From an uncultured virus (IMG/VR IMGVR_UViG_2847556114_000004) (taxonomy: Duplodnaviria > Heunggongvirae > Uroviricota > Caudoviricetes): a stretch of 64,000 nt of DNA. Shown here piece after piece: positions 37,058 through 46,971 of the stretch (the stretch's first letter is position 1; each line of letters opens with the position of its first letter). The position numbers and the translations under genes are program-made. Location: IMG/VR virus record IMGVR_UViG_2847556114_000004. One strand, given 5' to 3'. Under the pieces are notes generated by a model. That model did not search any database, was not told the DNA's origin, and was given only the letters and a program-made list of their open reading frames with translations.

Positions 37058-40000
37058 TGACTGACCAGATCGCCTCGATTACTTTGCGGGCCGATGTTTC
37101 TGACCTGAAAACAGCCAGTAATGAACTGGATAAACTCGGTCAGGCGGCGGCCGGTGCTGTCGATAAAGCGGATGACCTTAACAGCGTGTTCCGCGCTGGT
37201 GCTGAGTCTGCAAAGCAGGGCAGTGAGGGCATCAAGGAGCAGCAGAACGCGCTCAAAGGGTTGCTGGAAAATATCGATCCTGTCACCAAAGCATTGAACC
37301 GCCTGGATGAACAGCAGGAGGCGTTAAGGAAATTCCAGAGTAAGGGGTTTCTGGATACTGACACCTTCCAGTCCTATAACAAAATACTGGACGATACCCG
37401 GTTAAGGCTGACGGATACCGGCGAAGCTGCAGCGAAGGCTCAGGCAGCACTGGCAGCCACACAGGCGGCAGAGAAGCAATCAGCCGCGCTGAAGAATCTC
37501 CTGGGCTCAATCGACCCGACGATTCGTGCATTTAATTCACTGGATGAACAACACGCACAACTGGTGGCCCATTTCGAAGCCGGGCGTATCAACGGCACGC
37601 AGTTTGAGCACTTCAACACAATCCTTAACCAGACGCGTGAGCGGCTCTCTGGCGTGGCTGACGTGCTGCCTGATGCGCTATCCAGGCAGGAGGCTGCTGC
37701 CCGGCGTGCTGGAATTTCCGTTGGCCAGTACAGCGCCGCGCTGCGCACTCTGCCGGCGCAGTTCACCGATATCGCGACACAGCTGGCTGGAGGCCAATCC
37801 CCTTTCCTGATCTTGCTCCAGCAAGGCGGGCAAATTAAGGATTCTTTTGGTGGATTAGGCCCAATGCTCCAGGCTTTGCGGGACGCATTGTTTGGGTTTA
37901 ACGAAGAGAGCAGAGAAACATCCGAGTCGGCAGCAGGCATAAGTGACGCTGCTGAAGGACTTAACAACACCAGTGAGGCAGCGGAGAAGCTGGGGCGGGC
38001 GGGTGGCCTGTTGAATACCTTTAACCTTGCGATTGCTGGCTCGGTGGGTTTGCTGGCTCTTCTGGCTGGGGCTGCCTACAGTTCATCCCAGCAGTTCGAC
38101 AATGTTGCCAGATCGCTCATTTTGATGGGCGGGGCTGGCTTTTCCTCCATGCAGCAACTGAACGACGCGGCAAAGGATGTTGCTGATAACGCTGGTGCTT
38201 CTTTGGCTGAGTCTGTTGATACCCTGGTCCAACTAAACGACACCGGGAAGTATACCGCCGACCAGATGACCAAAATTGCCAAATCCATTCTGGCTATGGG
38301 TGATGCAGGGCTGGATACGAAGGCTGCGCTGGCGGATTTTTCACGACTGGCAAACGATCCTATTAAAGCCCTGGCGAGCCTGAACCAGCAATATGGTTTT
38401 GTTGATGAAGCCATGATGAAGCACCTCATTACCCTGGAGAAAACGAAGGGGAAAACAGCAGCGGCAAACGAAGCTATAAGGCTTTTTGCCGACACCATGG
38501 AGGATCGCAGTAATAAAATTGTAGAGGCCACCGATAATATCGGGCAGGCGTGGAACGGGATTAAAGCTTTCTCCTCCGACATTTTCGGTCAAATCGGGGT
38601 TACCGTGCGCGCATGGGGAAACCAGATCATCGATATCTTCGAACTTGTTAAAGCTTCGATTAAAGACCTCTTTCTCAACATTACTTCACTGGATGCCAAA
38701 TTCACCGGCACTATTGCTGGCTGGGCTGAAAAAATCCCTGGTGGCGGGGCGCTGGCTAATTTTCTTGGCATGGATGTAGAGGCCATGAAGAAGGCCGGGG
38801 ATGAAGCGGACAAAGAAATTGAGGCGAATAAAAAACGCTATAACGAACTTTGGAAGCGCGTCACTGCGCCTAACGCACAGGCAAACTATGAGGCTGAAGC
38901 GCGAGGGTCTAACGTAAAAGGTGATGGCGGAACAAGTCGAGAATCAAGAGACGCAGTCTCGAAGCTTGCTCAGGACTCAGCCAAAAAGACCAAAGAGGCG
39001 AAAGCCACTCTGGAAGCTGGCGATCGCACCCTGGAGAACTACCGCGCCCAGGCCAGAACGTTAACTGAAACGCTTGAGACCCTCCGACAAACAGGCGAAA
39101 CCCACGCTAAAAACACCGAGTTCAGTAAACAGCAATCTCGATTTGCTGAATTGGATGAGGCTGCTAAAACCCGCGCGCTGACGGCTCAGGAAAAATCTTT
39201 ACTGTCGAGCCGTGAGGCGATTCTGAACGCCGCCAAGGTGGTTGATCAGAAGAACAAGGAAGTAGAGGCGCAGCAGAAAATTAATGGCCTGGCGCAGCAG
39301 GCCAATAAATACGTCACGCAGATGTCGGAAAAGACAGAAGCGTTGCGAGGCAGCGCAGGCCTAAGCAGCCGTCAGAGCCAGCGCATGATGGAAGAGGCTC
39401 AGCTCCGCCAAGGCTGGCTCAACGGTGGTGGTAAGCTTGATGATGCTGGCTATGAGAAAGAACTGGCAGCCCTCAGAAATTATTACTCTGAAGAGGATAA
39501 GCTGCGCGGCGACTGGAAGTCTGGGGCTGTTGCTGGATGGAATGAATATCTGGATGCCGCTACCAACACCTACGACGCAGTGAAGAACGTGGCTAGTTCG
39601 ACGCTGACAGGTCTATCTGACATGCTAACCAGCTTAATGACGACGGGAAAAGCCTCAATAAAAGAATTCGGCAAATCGATGCTGAAGATGATTGTTGAGG
39701 TGACAAACAGGCTGATGGTTGCCTATGCGGTACAGGCCGCGATGGGCTGGATAAGCGGTGGCAGCAAAGGCTGGAGCACGCCAGGGGGATCTTACGCGAA
39801 CGCTGCCGCTGGCCTAACTTTTAACGCTAAAGGCGGTGTTTATGATTCGCCCGGGCTCAGTAAGTACGTTAATGGGGTATACGACTCTCCCCAGTATTTT
39901 ACTTTCCAGGGCGCATCGAAGTTTGCGAAAGGCGGCGTCTTCGCAGAGGCTGGTGCTGAAGCAATCATGCCCCTAACTCGGGACTCTGCCGGGCGCTTGG

Positions 40001-40212
40001 GGGTACGTGCCCAGGGTGGCGGCGGGATGGCCCCGATTATCAATACCACTGTTAACGTAGATGCTGGTGGTTCTGCAACTGTTCAGTCTTCCAGCTCAGG
40101 TGATGCTATGGGCCGTGCCCTTGCTGATGAAATGCAGAACGCTGCGTTGCAGGTTATCCAGAAGCACCTTAAGCCTGGAGGCATGATCTACAACTTCAGT
40201 AAAGGCAGGTAG
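37057..40212 (+). CDS. Tail tape measure protein
   Basis: 1051 aa Ala/Gln-rich, 'LPAQFTDI...QQGGQIKD', 'EAGAEAIMPL'. Confidence 0.93.
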   Translation: MTDQIASITLRADVSDLKTASNELDKLGQAAAGAVDKADDLNSVFRAGAESAKQGSEGIKEQQNALKGLLENIDPVTKALNRLDEQQEALRKFQSKGFLDTDTFQSYNKILDDTRLRLTDTGEAAAKAQAALAATQAAEKQSAALKNLLGSIDPTIRAFNSLDEQHAQLVAHFEAGRINGTQFEHFNTILNQTRERLSGVADVLPDALSRQEAAARRAGISVGQYSAALRTLPAQFTDIATQLAGGQSPFLILLQQGGQIKDSFGGLGPMLQALRDALFGFNEESRETSESAAGISDAAEGLNNTSEAAEKLGRAGGLLNTFNLAIAGSVGLLALLAGAAYSSSQQFDNVARSLILMGGAGFSSMQQLNDAAKDVADNAGASLAESVDTLVQLNDTGKYTADQMTKIAKSILAMGDAGLDTKAALADFSRLANDPIKALASLNQQYGFVDEAMMKHLITLEKTKGKTAAANEAIRLFADTMEDRSNKIVEATDNIGQAWNGIKAFSSDIFGQIGVTVRAWGNQIIDIFELVKASIKDLFLNITSLDAKFTGTIAGWAEKIPGGGALANFLGMDVEAMKKAGDEADKEIEANKKRYNELWKRVTAPNAQANYEAEARGSNVKGDGGTSRESRDAVSKLAQDSAKKTKEAKATLEAGDRTLENYRAQARTLTETLETLRQTGETHAKNTEFSKQQSRFAELDEAAKTRALTAQEKSLLSSREAILNAAKVVDQKNKEVEAQQKINGLAQQANKYVTQMSEKTEALRGSAGLSSRQSQRMMEEAQLRQGWLNGGGKLDDAGYEKELAALRNYYSEEDKLRGDWKSGAVAGWNEYLDAATNTYDAVKNVASSTLTGLSDMLTSLMTTGKASIKEFGKSMLKMIVEVTNRLMVAYAVQAAMGWISGGSKGWSTPGGSYANAAAGLTFNAKGGVYDSPGLSKYVNGVYDSPQYFTFQGASKFAKGGVFAEAGAEAIMPLTRDSAGRLGVRAQGGGGMAPIINTTVNVDAGGSATVQSSSSGDAMGRALADEMQNAALQVIQKHLKPGGMIYNFSKGR

Positions 40213-40262
40213 TGTTTACGTCGTCCCCTGGTTAATATGATGAAAACCATAAAAATCAGGGG

Positions 40263-40655
40263 ATGATTGTGTTAAATAAAATAATCAAGAAGATCCTAAG
40301 AACCATTGGGCTGTTGCTGCTTCTTCTTGTTGTGATTTTTGTTGCAGCGGTGGTTAATAAACCAACCGAGCAAGAAAAAAAGCAAAAAGAAGCCAAGGAA
40401 CTTGCAGATAAAAAATTAGATGAACTTCGTAATGCCTGTGAAGCTTACGTTAGAAAGTCAGTGATCAATAAAAGCACCCTGGATATGTCGGCGTTTGGCT
40501 CTAACAGATGGCTCGGCAATGACGGTAAGTTCTACGCGACGCAGGAATTTAGCGCTAAAAACAAATTTGGTCTTGAGCAGAAATTCAGAGCTGAATGTAT
40601 TGAAGACAAGGATGGGAAGACTGATTACCGGCTTGTAGAAATGAATGGAAGTTAA
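40263..40655 (+). CDS. Moron: membrane-anchored protein
   Basis: AT-rich, single N-terminal TM, two Cys, followed by terminator at ~40703-40730. Confidence 0.7.
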   Translation: MIVLNKIIKKILRTIGLLLLLLVVIFVAAVVNKPTEQEKKQKEAKELADKKLDELRNACEAYVRKSVINKSTLDMSAFGSNRWLGNDGKFYATQEFSAKNKFGLEQKFRAECIEDKDGKTDYRLVEMNGS

Positions 40656-40740
40656 ACCAAAATGGTTTGATATCTTTCCCTCCCATGCTTTCAACCAATA
40701 TTAAGCCTCGCACATGCGGGGCTTTTTTTATGGAGTAAAT

Positions 40741-41091
40741 ATGGCAGTTGAAACATATAACTGGCACTCACAACTCGGTGCTGGCGCAGTGGAATACAGT
40801 CAGACCGTAAGATCAGCACAGTTCGGTGATGGTTATGAGCAGGTAGCCGAGAACGGCATTAACTCAACTGCTATTCAGGTACCGATGAAGCATGTGGGCG
40901 CTGATTCTGAAGTGAATACCGTTCGGGACTTTCTCCTGGCGCATACCGTTAAGGCTTTCATCATCACACCGCCGGGCGAAGAGAAGGGGCTGTACCGCGT
41001 GGTAGCAGATTCGGTGCGAAAGAACCAGATCAGCAGTAAGTTCGCAGAACTGACATTCACGATTAAGCGCGCCTATGGCGTCTATGCCTGA
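40741..41091 (+). CDS. Minor tail protein M (distal tail)
   Basis: 'QFGDGYEQ...GIN'. Confidence 0.85.
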   Translation: MAVETYNWHSQLGAGAVEYSQTVRSAQFGDGYEQVAENGINSTAIQVPMKHVGADSEVNTVRDFLLAHTVKAFIITPPGEEKGLYRVVADSVRKNQISSKFAELTFTIKRAYGVYA

Positions 41092-41099
41092 GGTGGAGC

Positions 41100-41873
41100 A
41101 TGACAGCACTGATTGATACGGCGGCAATGCTGGCGCCAGGTGGCAGGGTCCGCCTGGTCGAAGTAGATGCTTCAGAGTTCAGCGGCGGGATCCACCGCTT
41201 TCACTACAGCCCGTTTCCTCATACGCCCGCCGAGATTGAAGCGGCGAACGGCGATGAAGCTAAGCTTGGACCAAAGCCCATCATCTGGGATGGCAAAATA
41301 TTCGACTTCTGGCCTTTCCAGATTTCTGACCTCGCTCTTTCGACCGACCAGGCCGCTGAGCCGAAACTTAGCGTATCGAACCTTGACGGGCATATCACTG
41401 CGCTCTGCCTGCAGTTCAAGGACATGGTTAACGCGAAGGTAAGCATCATCGACACCTACGCCGTTTATCTTGACGCGGTTAACTTCCCTGGCGGCGTTAA
41501 CCCGACGGCAGACCCGACAATGTTCACGCTCCAGACCTTCTGGCTGGACACCAAAACCTCAGAAGATGATGAAGTGGTTACGTGGGCACTCAGTAGCCCC
41601 GCTGACCTGCAGGGTTTGGTTATCCCAACCCGTCAAATTACATCGCTGTGCGAGTGGGCGCTGCGCGGCCAGTACCGAAGCGGTGACGGCTGCACTTACA
41701 ACGGAACAGCGTATTTTGATGCGAAGGGGAATGCGGTCGCTGACCTTGCGCTGGACGTGTGCGGTGGTTGCCTGAGCGATTGCCGCAAGAGATTTGGTGC
41801 GGGCCTGGCTGAACCTAATACAGCCACCATCGATTTTGGTGGATTCCCGGCAACTGTTCTCTTCTCCCGATAA
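41100..41873 (+). CDS. Minor tail protein L
   Basis: 'PTRQI...C.W...YR..GC.Y', 'D.C...L.DC..RFG', 'FGGFP'. Confidence 0.9.
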   Translation: MTALIDTAAMLAPGGRVRLVEVDASEFSGGIHRFHYSPFPHTPAEIEAANGDEAKLGPKPIIWDGKIFDFWPFQISDLALSTDQAAEPKLSVSNLDGHITALCLQFKDMVNAKVSIIDTYAVYLDAVNFPGGVNPTADPTMFTLQTFWLDTKTSEDDEVVTWALSSPADLQGLVIPTRQITSLCEWALRGQYRSGDGCTYNGTAYFDAKGNAVADLALDVCGGCLSDCRKRFGAGLAEPNTATIDFGGFPATVLFSR

Positions 41874-41885
41874 TCGGACTTCAAT

Positions 41886-42617
41886 ATGAACAAAACAATA
41901 ATGAACGCTATCCGGGCGCATGCTCTGGAGGAATCGCCACGCGAGTGCTGCGGCTTTGTCATCCAGTCAGGACGGCGTCAGCGATATATTCCGGTACCGA
42001 ACAGTCATGAAAACCCATCTGAGCATTTCCGCATTGACGGCGAGCACTGGGCGAACGCTGAGGATGCCGGGGCTATTATTCGTGTCATCCATTCCCATCC
42101 GGGCGACGGCGCACGGCCTATACCGTCAGGCCTCGATAGCCAGCAGTGTAATAACTCCGGCGTGGTATGGGGCATTTATGCGCCGGACAGCGACGAATAC
42201 GCTGAGATAATGCCGGAGGCGGTACCCCTTATCGGGCGTCCGTTTATCCTGGGCTCAAATGACTGCTGGGGACTGGTAATGGATTGGCATGCCACCCAAG
42301 GCGTGATGCTTAACGATTTCCGCGTCGATTACCCATGGTGGGAAAGCCAGTACCCGGACAACCTGTATTTCGATAACTGGGAGAGGGAAGGGTTTGTCGA
42401 ATGCGACCCGTCGCCAGGCTGTATGGTCATCATGCAGGTTGAATCCAGTAAGTGGAACCACGCGGGGATCATTACCGAGGAAGGTGAGCTGCTTCACCAT
42501 CTGTACGGGCAGCCATCCTGTATCACGCCGTATGCGCGCGGTTATTTCAAAGACAGGACGATGATCTGCGTCCGTCACAAAGAGCTACCGCAGGAGATTC
42601 AGCCATGGCGCGTTTAA
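41886..42617 (+). CDS. Tail assembly protein K (JAB + NlpC/P60)
   Basis: 'PRECCG', 'IHSHP', 'DCWGLV', 'NHAGI'. Confidence 0.9.
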   Translation: MNKTIMNAIRAHALEESPRECCGFVIQSGRRQRYIPVPNSHENPSEHFRIDGEHWANAEDAGAIIRVIHSHPGDGARPIPSGLDSQQCNNSGVVWGIYAPDSDEYAEIMPEAVPLIGRPFILGSNDCWGLVMDWHATQGVMLNDFRVDYPWWESQYPDNLYFDNWEREGFVECDPSPGCMVIMQVESSKWNHAGIITEEGELLHHLYGQPSCITPYARGYFKDRTMICVRHKELPQEIQPWRV

Positions 42618-43198
42618 CCACGATTCGATTGTACGGTGTGCTGGGAGCCCGGTTTGGCCGTGTTCACAGGCTGGCGGTGCAGACATCAGCTGAGGCGGTA
42701 AAGGCGCTTTGCATCAACCTGGACGGGCTTGAAAGCTATCTTCTGAACGCCAAAAAGAATGGCATGACGTTCGCGGTGTTTCGCGGCAGGCGCAACATTG
42801 GCGCGGATGATTTTAAGAACCTGGCCGGAAGCACCGATATTCGCATAGCACCAGTGATGGAAGGGGCAAAAAAAGCTGGTTTGTTCCAGACGATATTGGG
42901 TGCTGTCATGGTTGTGGCGGGCATCGTCGTCACGGGCATGACGTTCGGTTCAGCAGGTGTCATTGGCGCGGGAATGGTCTCCGCTGGTATCGGAATGATG
43001 GCTGGTGGAATTTACCAGATGCTTTCGCCCCAGCCCAAAGGACTACAGGGGCGAGACGATCCTGACAATAAACCCTCATATGCATTCGGTGGCTCGGTGA
43101 ATACCCTTGCGATGGGTAACCCGGTCGCGCTTCTTTATGGTGAGCGCGAGATTGGCGGCGCCATCATCAGTGCTGGCATAGTCGCTGAAGATATCTGA
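42605..43198 (+). CDS. Tail assembly protein I
   Basis: 'IRLYG.LG..FG', 'GNPV.LLYG...IGGA.ISAG'. Confidence 0.9.
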   Translation: MARLTTIRLYGVLGARFGRVHRLAVQTSAEAVKALCINLDGLESYLLNAKKNGMTFAVFRGRRNIGADDFKNLAGSTDIRIAPVMEGAKKAGLFQTILGAVMVVAGIVVTGMTFGSAGVIGAGMVSAGIGMMAGGIYQMLSPQPKGLQGRDDPDNKPSYAFGGSVNTLAMGNPVALLYGEREIGGAIISAGIVAEDI

Positions 43199-43253
43199 AA
43201 ACTCCCTTCTGAATATCAAGCACCCAATTGGGTGCTTTTTTTATGGATGTAAT

Positions 43254-46200
43254 ATGGAAGCGATTACTGGTGCAAAAGGTGGCAGCCAGAAGCAACACAC
43301 GCCTGTAGAGCAGCCGGATAGTGCACAGTCTATGGCGCGCTGCCGCATGCTGCTTGCGCTCGGAGAAGGTGAGTTTGCTGGTGGCCTGGACGCGACCCGG
43401 ATATTCCTAGACGGTACGCCGTTGGGAAACCCCGACGGAACGATGAATTTTGAAAATGTGTCATGGGATTTCCGGCCTGGCACACAGACCCAGACACCAA
43501 TACCGGGATTCCCTGCTGTCGAGAATGAAACTACGGTTGGCGTATCGCTGACAAAGGCCACACCATGGACCCGCGCACTGAGTAACACCCAGATTGACGC
43601 GGCGTTGGTACGTATTGGCATCCCTGGGTTACAGCAGCAGGAAAACGATGGGGATATTGTCGGTACTACGGTTCAGTACCATATTGATCTGGCGGTGGAC
43701 GGTGGTACGTACAGCACAGTGATGACCAAGACGATCACGGAGAAACTGAGTTCGCTTTATGAACTGACGCACCGCATCAATTTGCCTAAAGCCACAACCG
43801 GTTGGCAGATACGCGTAGTTCGCGACACCTCCGACAGCACCAGTCAGATGTTGCAGAACAAAACCCAGGTACAGGCTATCACTGAAGTGATTGACGCACG
43901 CCTGCGTTATCCACATACCGCACTGCTGTATGTGTCATTCAACGCAAAGTCATTCAGCAATATCCCTAAGATTTCTTGTAAACCTAAGGGTCGGGTAATC
44001 CGTATCCCTCAGAACTACGATCCGATTGCACGCACTTATAACGGTACATGGGACGGTACATTCAAATGGGGATGGACGAATAATCCTGCATGGATCTGGT
44101 TCGATATTCTTACTGAACCTCGCTTCGGCCTGGGTCGCAGGGTTACGCCTGCGATGCTCGATAAATGGGAGTTGTATCGTATTGCCCAGCGCTGCGATCA
44201 GAAGGTACCGGATGGTAAAGGGGGCAGCGGTACCGAGCCTCGCTTTATGTTTGACGTTTATATCCAGGCTCAGGCTGATGCCTGGCAGGTGATTAAGGAT
44301 ATTGCGGCGGGTTTTAACGGCATGACATTCTGGGGCAACAACATGTTCAATGTTGTCTCTGATATGCCAGCGGATACGTCAAAGCTTCAGATACTCACTC
44401 GCGCCTCGGTTGTTGGTAAGCCAACGTACTCCAGTGGAAGTGAAAAGAACCGCTATAGCTCAGCGCTGATTAACTTTAGTGACCCGGATAACCACTATCA
44501 GGATCGAACTACTGCAGTGATGTTTCCCGATCTAGTTAAGCAGTTTAAGTTTAAGCAGACTCAGCTAACCGCGATTGGCTGCACACGTGAAAGCGAAGCT
44601 CAGCGCCGAGGTGGGTGGGCCGTCTACTCCAACTCGCTGGATCGCATTATCACTGTTCAGACTGGACTCGATGGCTTCGCCTATGTACCTGGGACAGTGT
44701 TCGCCTTTGCCGATGAGCGGCTGTCTGGCCGTGTCTATGGTGGGCGAATTACTGACTACGATGCCGGGCTAAAATCTGTAACTACCGATCGGGGAACAAG
44801 CGCATTGGCCGGCGATACGCTGATGATTCGTACCCAGGGCGGTACCGTTGAGAGCAGAACCATTCAGGCGGTTAACGGCCAGCAACTGATACTGGCAACT
44901 GCCTTTACCGCTGAGCCACTACCTAATGCCATTTTTGTTATCGACGCAGGCCAGCTGCGCCTCCAATATTTCCGCGTAACCAATCTGACATTTAACGATG
45001 AAGAGAACACCTACAGCATTACCGGTGCAGAGTACAACGGGGCGAAATATGATGCCGTTGATAACAATGCCCGACTGGATACGCCGCCGATTAGCCTGAT
45101 ACCGACAGGCCTGGTAGGGCAGCCGACAAGCATCACGATCAGCAGCTATGATTCCGTTCGTCAGGGGCAGCGTATTGCGACCATGGTTGTGAGTTGGGAT
45201 GCGCCAGTAGATAAAAACGGGAAAACCCAGGCAGATATCGTAGCGTATCAGGCACAGTGGAAACGTGGTGATAATGAGTGGATCAATATTCCCGAAACAG
45301 GCCTGCGCAATATAGAAGTGTCCGGGATTTATTCCGGTGATTACCTTGTGCGCGTCCGTGCGATTAACTCTGGGGGAGCGTCTAGCCTTTGGGCCACCTC
45401 TGCGTTGACCCATCTTACCGGCCGCACCGGTGAAGTTCCAAAACCGATTGGACTTCGTACCACTGCAATCAACTGGGGTATTCAGATTGACTGGTCTTTC
45501 CCGGCAGATACCGGAGACACCCTCCAGACCGAACTGCAGTATTCAGTTAATGGTAGCGGGGATAATCCTCTGTTGCTTGCTGGAGTTCCTTACCCGCAAC
45601 ACACATACACCCAACTGGGGTTGAAGGCTGGTCAGGAGTTCTGGTACCGGGCTCGTCTGGTCGACCGTATCGGCAACCAGAGTGACTGGACCGACTGGAT
45701 TCGTGGTGAATCCAACGCGAATGCTGACGACTACCTGGGCGATATTGCCGATGATTTTCTGACGTCTGCCGATGGTGACCGCCTGACAAGCGACATTGAT
45801 ACCAATCTGGAAGCTGCGTTGCAGAATGCGCTGGCAAACCATGGAACGGTGGAACACCAGTGGGCGCAGTATGGTGAAGTACGCGCGGATATTCTGGTGG
45901 TTAAAACGACCATTGCAGATGTTGATAAAGCGATGGCTGAAATGTCCACGCAGGTGCAGGCGCAGGGCACGATGCTCACTTCAGTTGACGGGAAAGTGGA
46001 TATACTCGGGCAGACTACCAGCCAGCAATATTCCCAGGTAACAGCTGTGCTACAGGACAAATTGACTGCCATGGTAGACAGCACTGGCGCATCGGCGATT
46101 CATACGCTGAAGGTTGGTTTGCGTATTAACGGGCAGGAATATAACGCCGGAATGAGCATCGCAGCGCTGGCTCAGCCAGGCCAGCCGGTGGTAACTCGTA

Positions 46201-46910
46201 TCGGATTTAACGCCAATCAGTTCGTCCTGATGAGTGGCAGCGGTAATACGCAATATTCACCTTTTGCGGTGGTGAATGGTCAGGTGTTTATCAGCGATGC
46301 GTTTATTCAGGATGGCAGCATAGATAACGCCAAGATTGGGCAGTACATACAGTCGAATGTTTATACACCTGGCTCGGTAGGATGGCATATCAATAAAAAT
46401 GGAAATAGTGAATTCAATAATGTAACAGTCAGAGGTACTGTATATGCAAGTGATGGAGAGTTTACAGGAAAAGTAAGGGCTAAAAGTTTTATCGGAGATA
46501 TTATAAATGCAAATGTATTCAACGATATTCAGAAAGAAACAAAACAGAGTAGCGGCTCTGTAGCGTTAATTGGCTCAATATCCCGGAACTACTATTTCAC
46601 AGATAGCGCAACTGACTCGCTATCAAAAACGGTTATATTTGATATTATCCTGCTATCAGGCATGGTGTCGGGTAGTGGTTCATATATTGATGTAACTATA
46701 AATATTAATGGCACAAAAAAGACAACCCGCAGAAGTGATGGCGGTACTGTACCAGTAAGGTTTTCAGTAAAAGGAGTTACAACTCCGAATGTAACCGTTG
46801 AATTAACATTAACATATTATATTCCTGCAGGGGCAATCAGAACCATTACATACGGTGTCTCTTCCCCAATGATTAGCATTGTCAGAGGAAGTGGTAGTTT
46901 TAGAGAGTAA
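43254..46910 (+). CDS. Tail tip / host specificity protein J
   Basis: 'GAKGGS', 'WTNNPAWI', FN3-like repeats, 'IQDGSI.NAKIG', 'GW.I.K.G.SEF'. Confidence 0.93.
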   Translation: MEAITGAKGGSQKQHTPVEQPDSAQSMARCRMLLALGEGEFAGGLDATRIFLDGTPLGNPDGTMNFENVSWDFRPGTQTQTPIPGFPAVENETTVGVSLTKATPWTRALSNTQIDAALVRIGIPGLQQQENDGDIVGTTVQYHIDLAVDGGTYSTVMTKTITEKLSSLYELTHRINLPKATTGWQIRVVRDTSDSTSQMLQNKTQVQAITEVIDARLRYPHTALLYVSFNAKSFSNIPKISCKPKGRVIRIPQNYDPIARTYNGTWDGTFKWGWTNNPAWIWFDILTEPRFGLGRRVTPAMLDKWELYRIAQRCDQKVPDGKGGSGTEPRFMFDVYIQAQADAWQVIKDIAAGFNGMTFWGNNMFNVVSDMPADTSKLQILTRASVVGKPTYSSGSEKNRYSSALINFSDPDNHYQDRTTAVMFPDLVKQFKFKQTQLTAIGCTRESEAQRRGGWAVYSNSLDRIITVQTGLDGFAYVPGTVFAFADERLSGRVYGGRITDYDAGLKSVTTDRGTSALAGDTLMIRTQGGTVESRTIQAVNGQQLILATAFTAEPLPNAIFVIDAGQLRLQYFRVTNLTFNDEENTYSITGAEYNGAKYDAVDNNARLDTPPISLIPTGLVGQPTSITISSYDSVRQGQRIATMVVSWDAPVDKNGKTQADIVAYQAQWKRGDNEWINIPETGLRNIEVSGIYSGDYLVRVRAINSGGASSLWATSALTHLTGRTGEVPKPIGLRTTAINWGIQIDWSFPADTGDTLQTELQYSVNGSGDNPLLLAGVPYPQHTYTQLGLKAGQEFWYRARLVDRIGNQSDWTDWIRGESNANADDYLGDIADDFLTSADGDRLTSDIDTNLEAALQNALANHGTVEHQWAQYGEVRADILVVKTTIADVDKAMAEMSTQVQAQGTMLTSVDGKVDILGQTTSQQYSQVTAVLQDKLTAMVDSTGASAIHTLKVGLRINGQEYNAGMSIAALAQPGQPVVTRIGFNANQFVLMSGSGNTQYSPFAVVNGQVFISDAFIQDGSIDNAKIGQYIQSNVYTPGSVGWHINKNGNSEFNNVTVRGTVYASDGEFTGKVRAKSFIGDIINANVFNDIQKETKQSSGSVALIGSISRNYYFTDSATDSLSKTVIFDIILLSGMVSGSGSYIDVTININGTKKTTRRSDGGTVPVRFSVKGVTTPNVTVELTLTYYIPAGAIRTITYGVSSPMISIVRGSGSFRE

Positions 46911-46971
46911 ATTTTCGAAATCATTAAACCTCGCTTCGGCGGGGTTTTTTTATGCACGTTCAGGAGATTCT

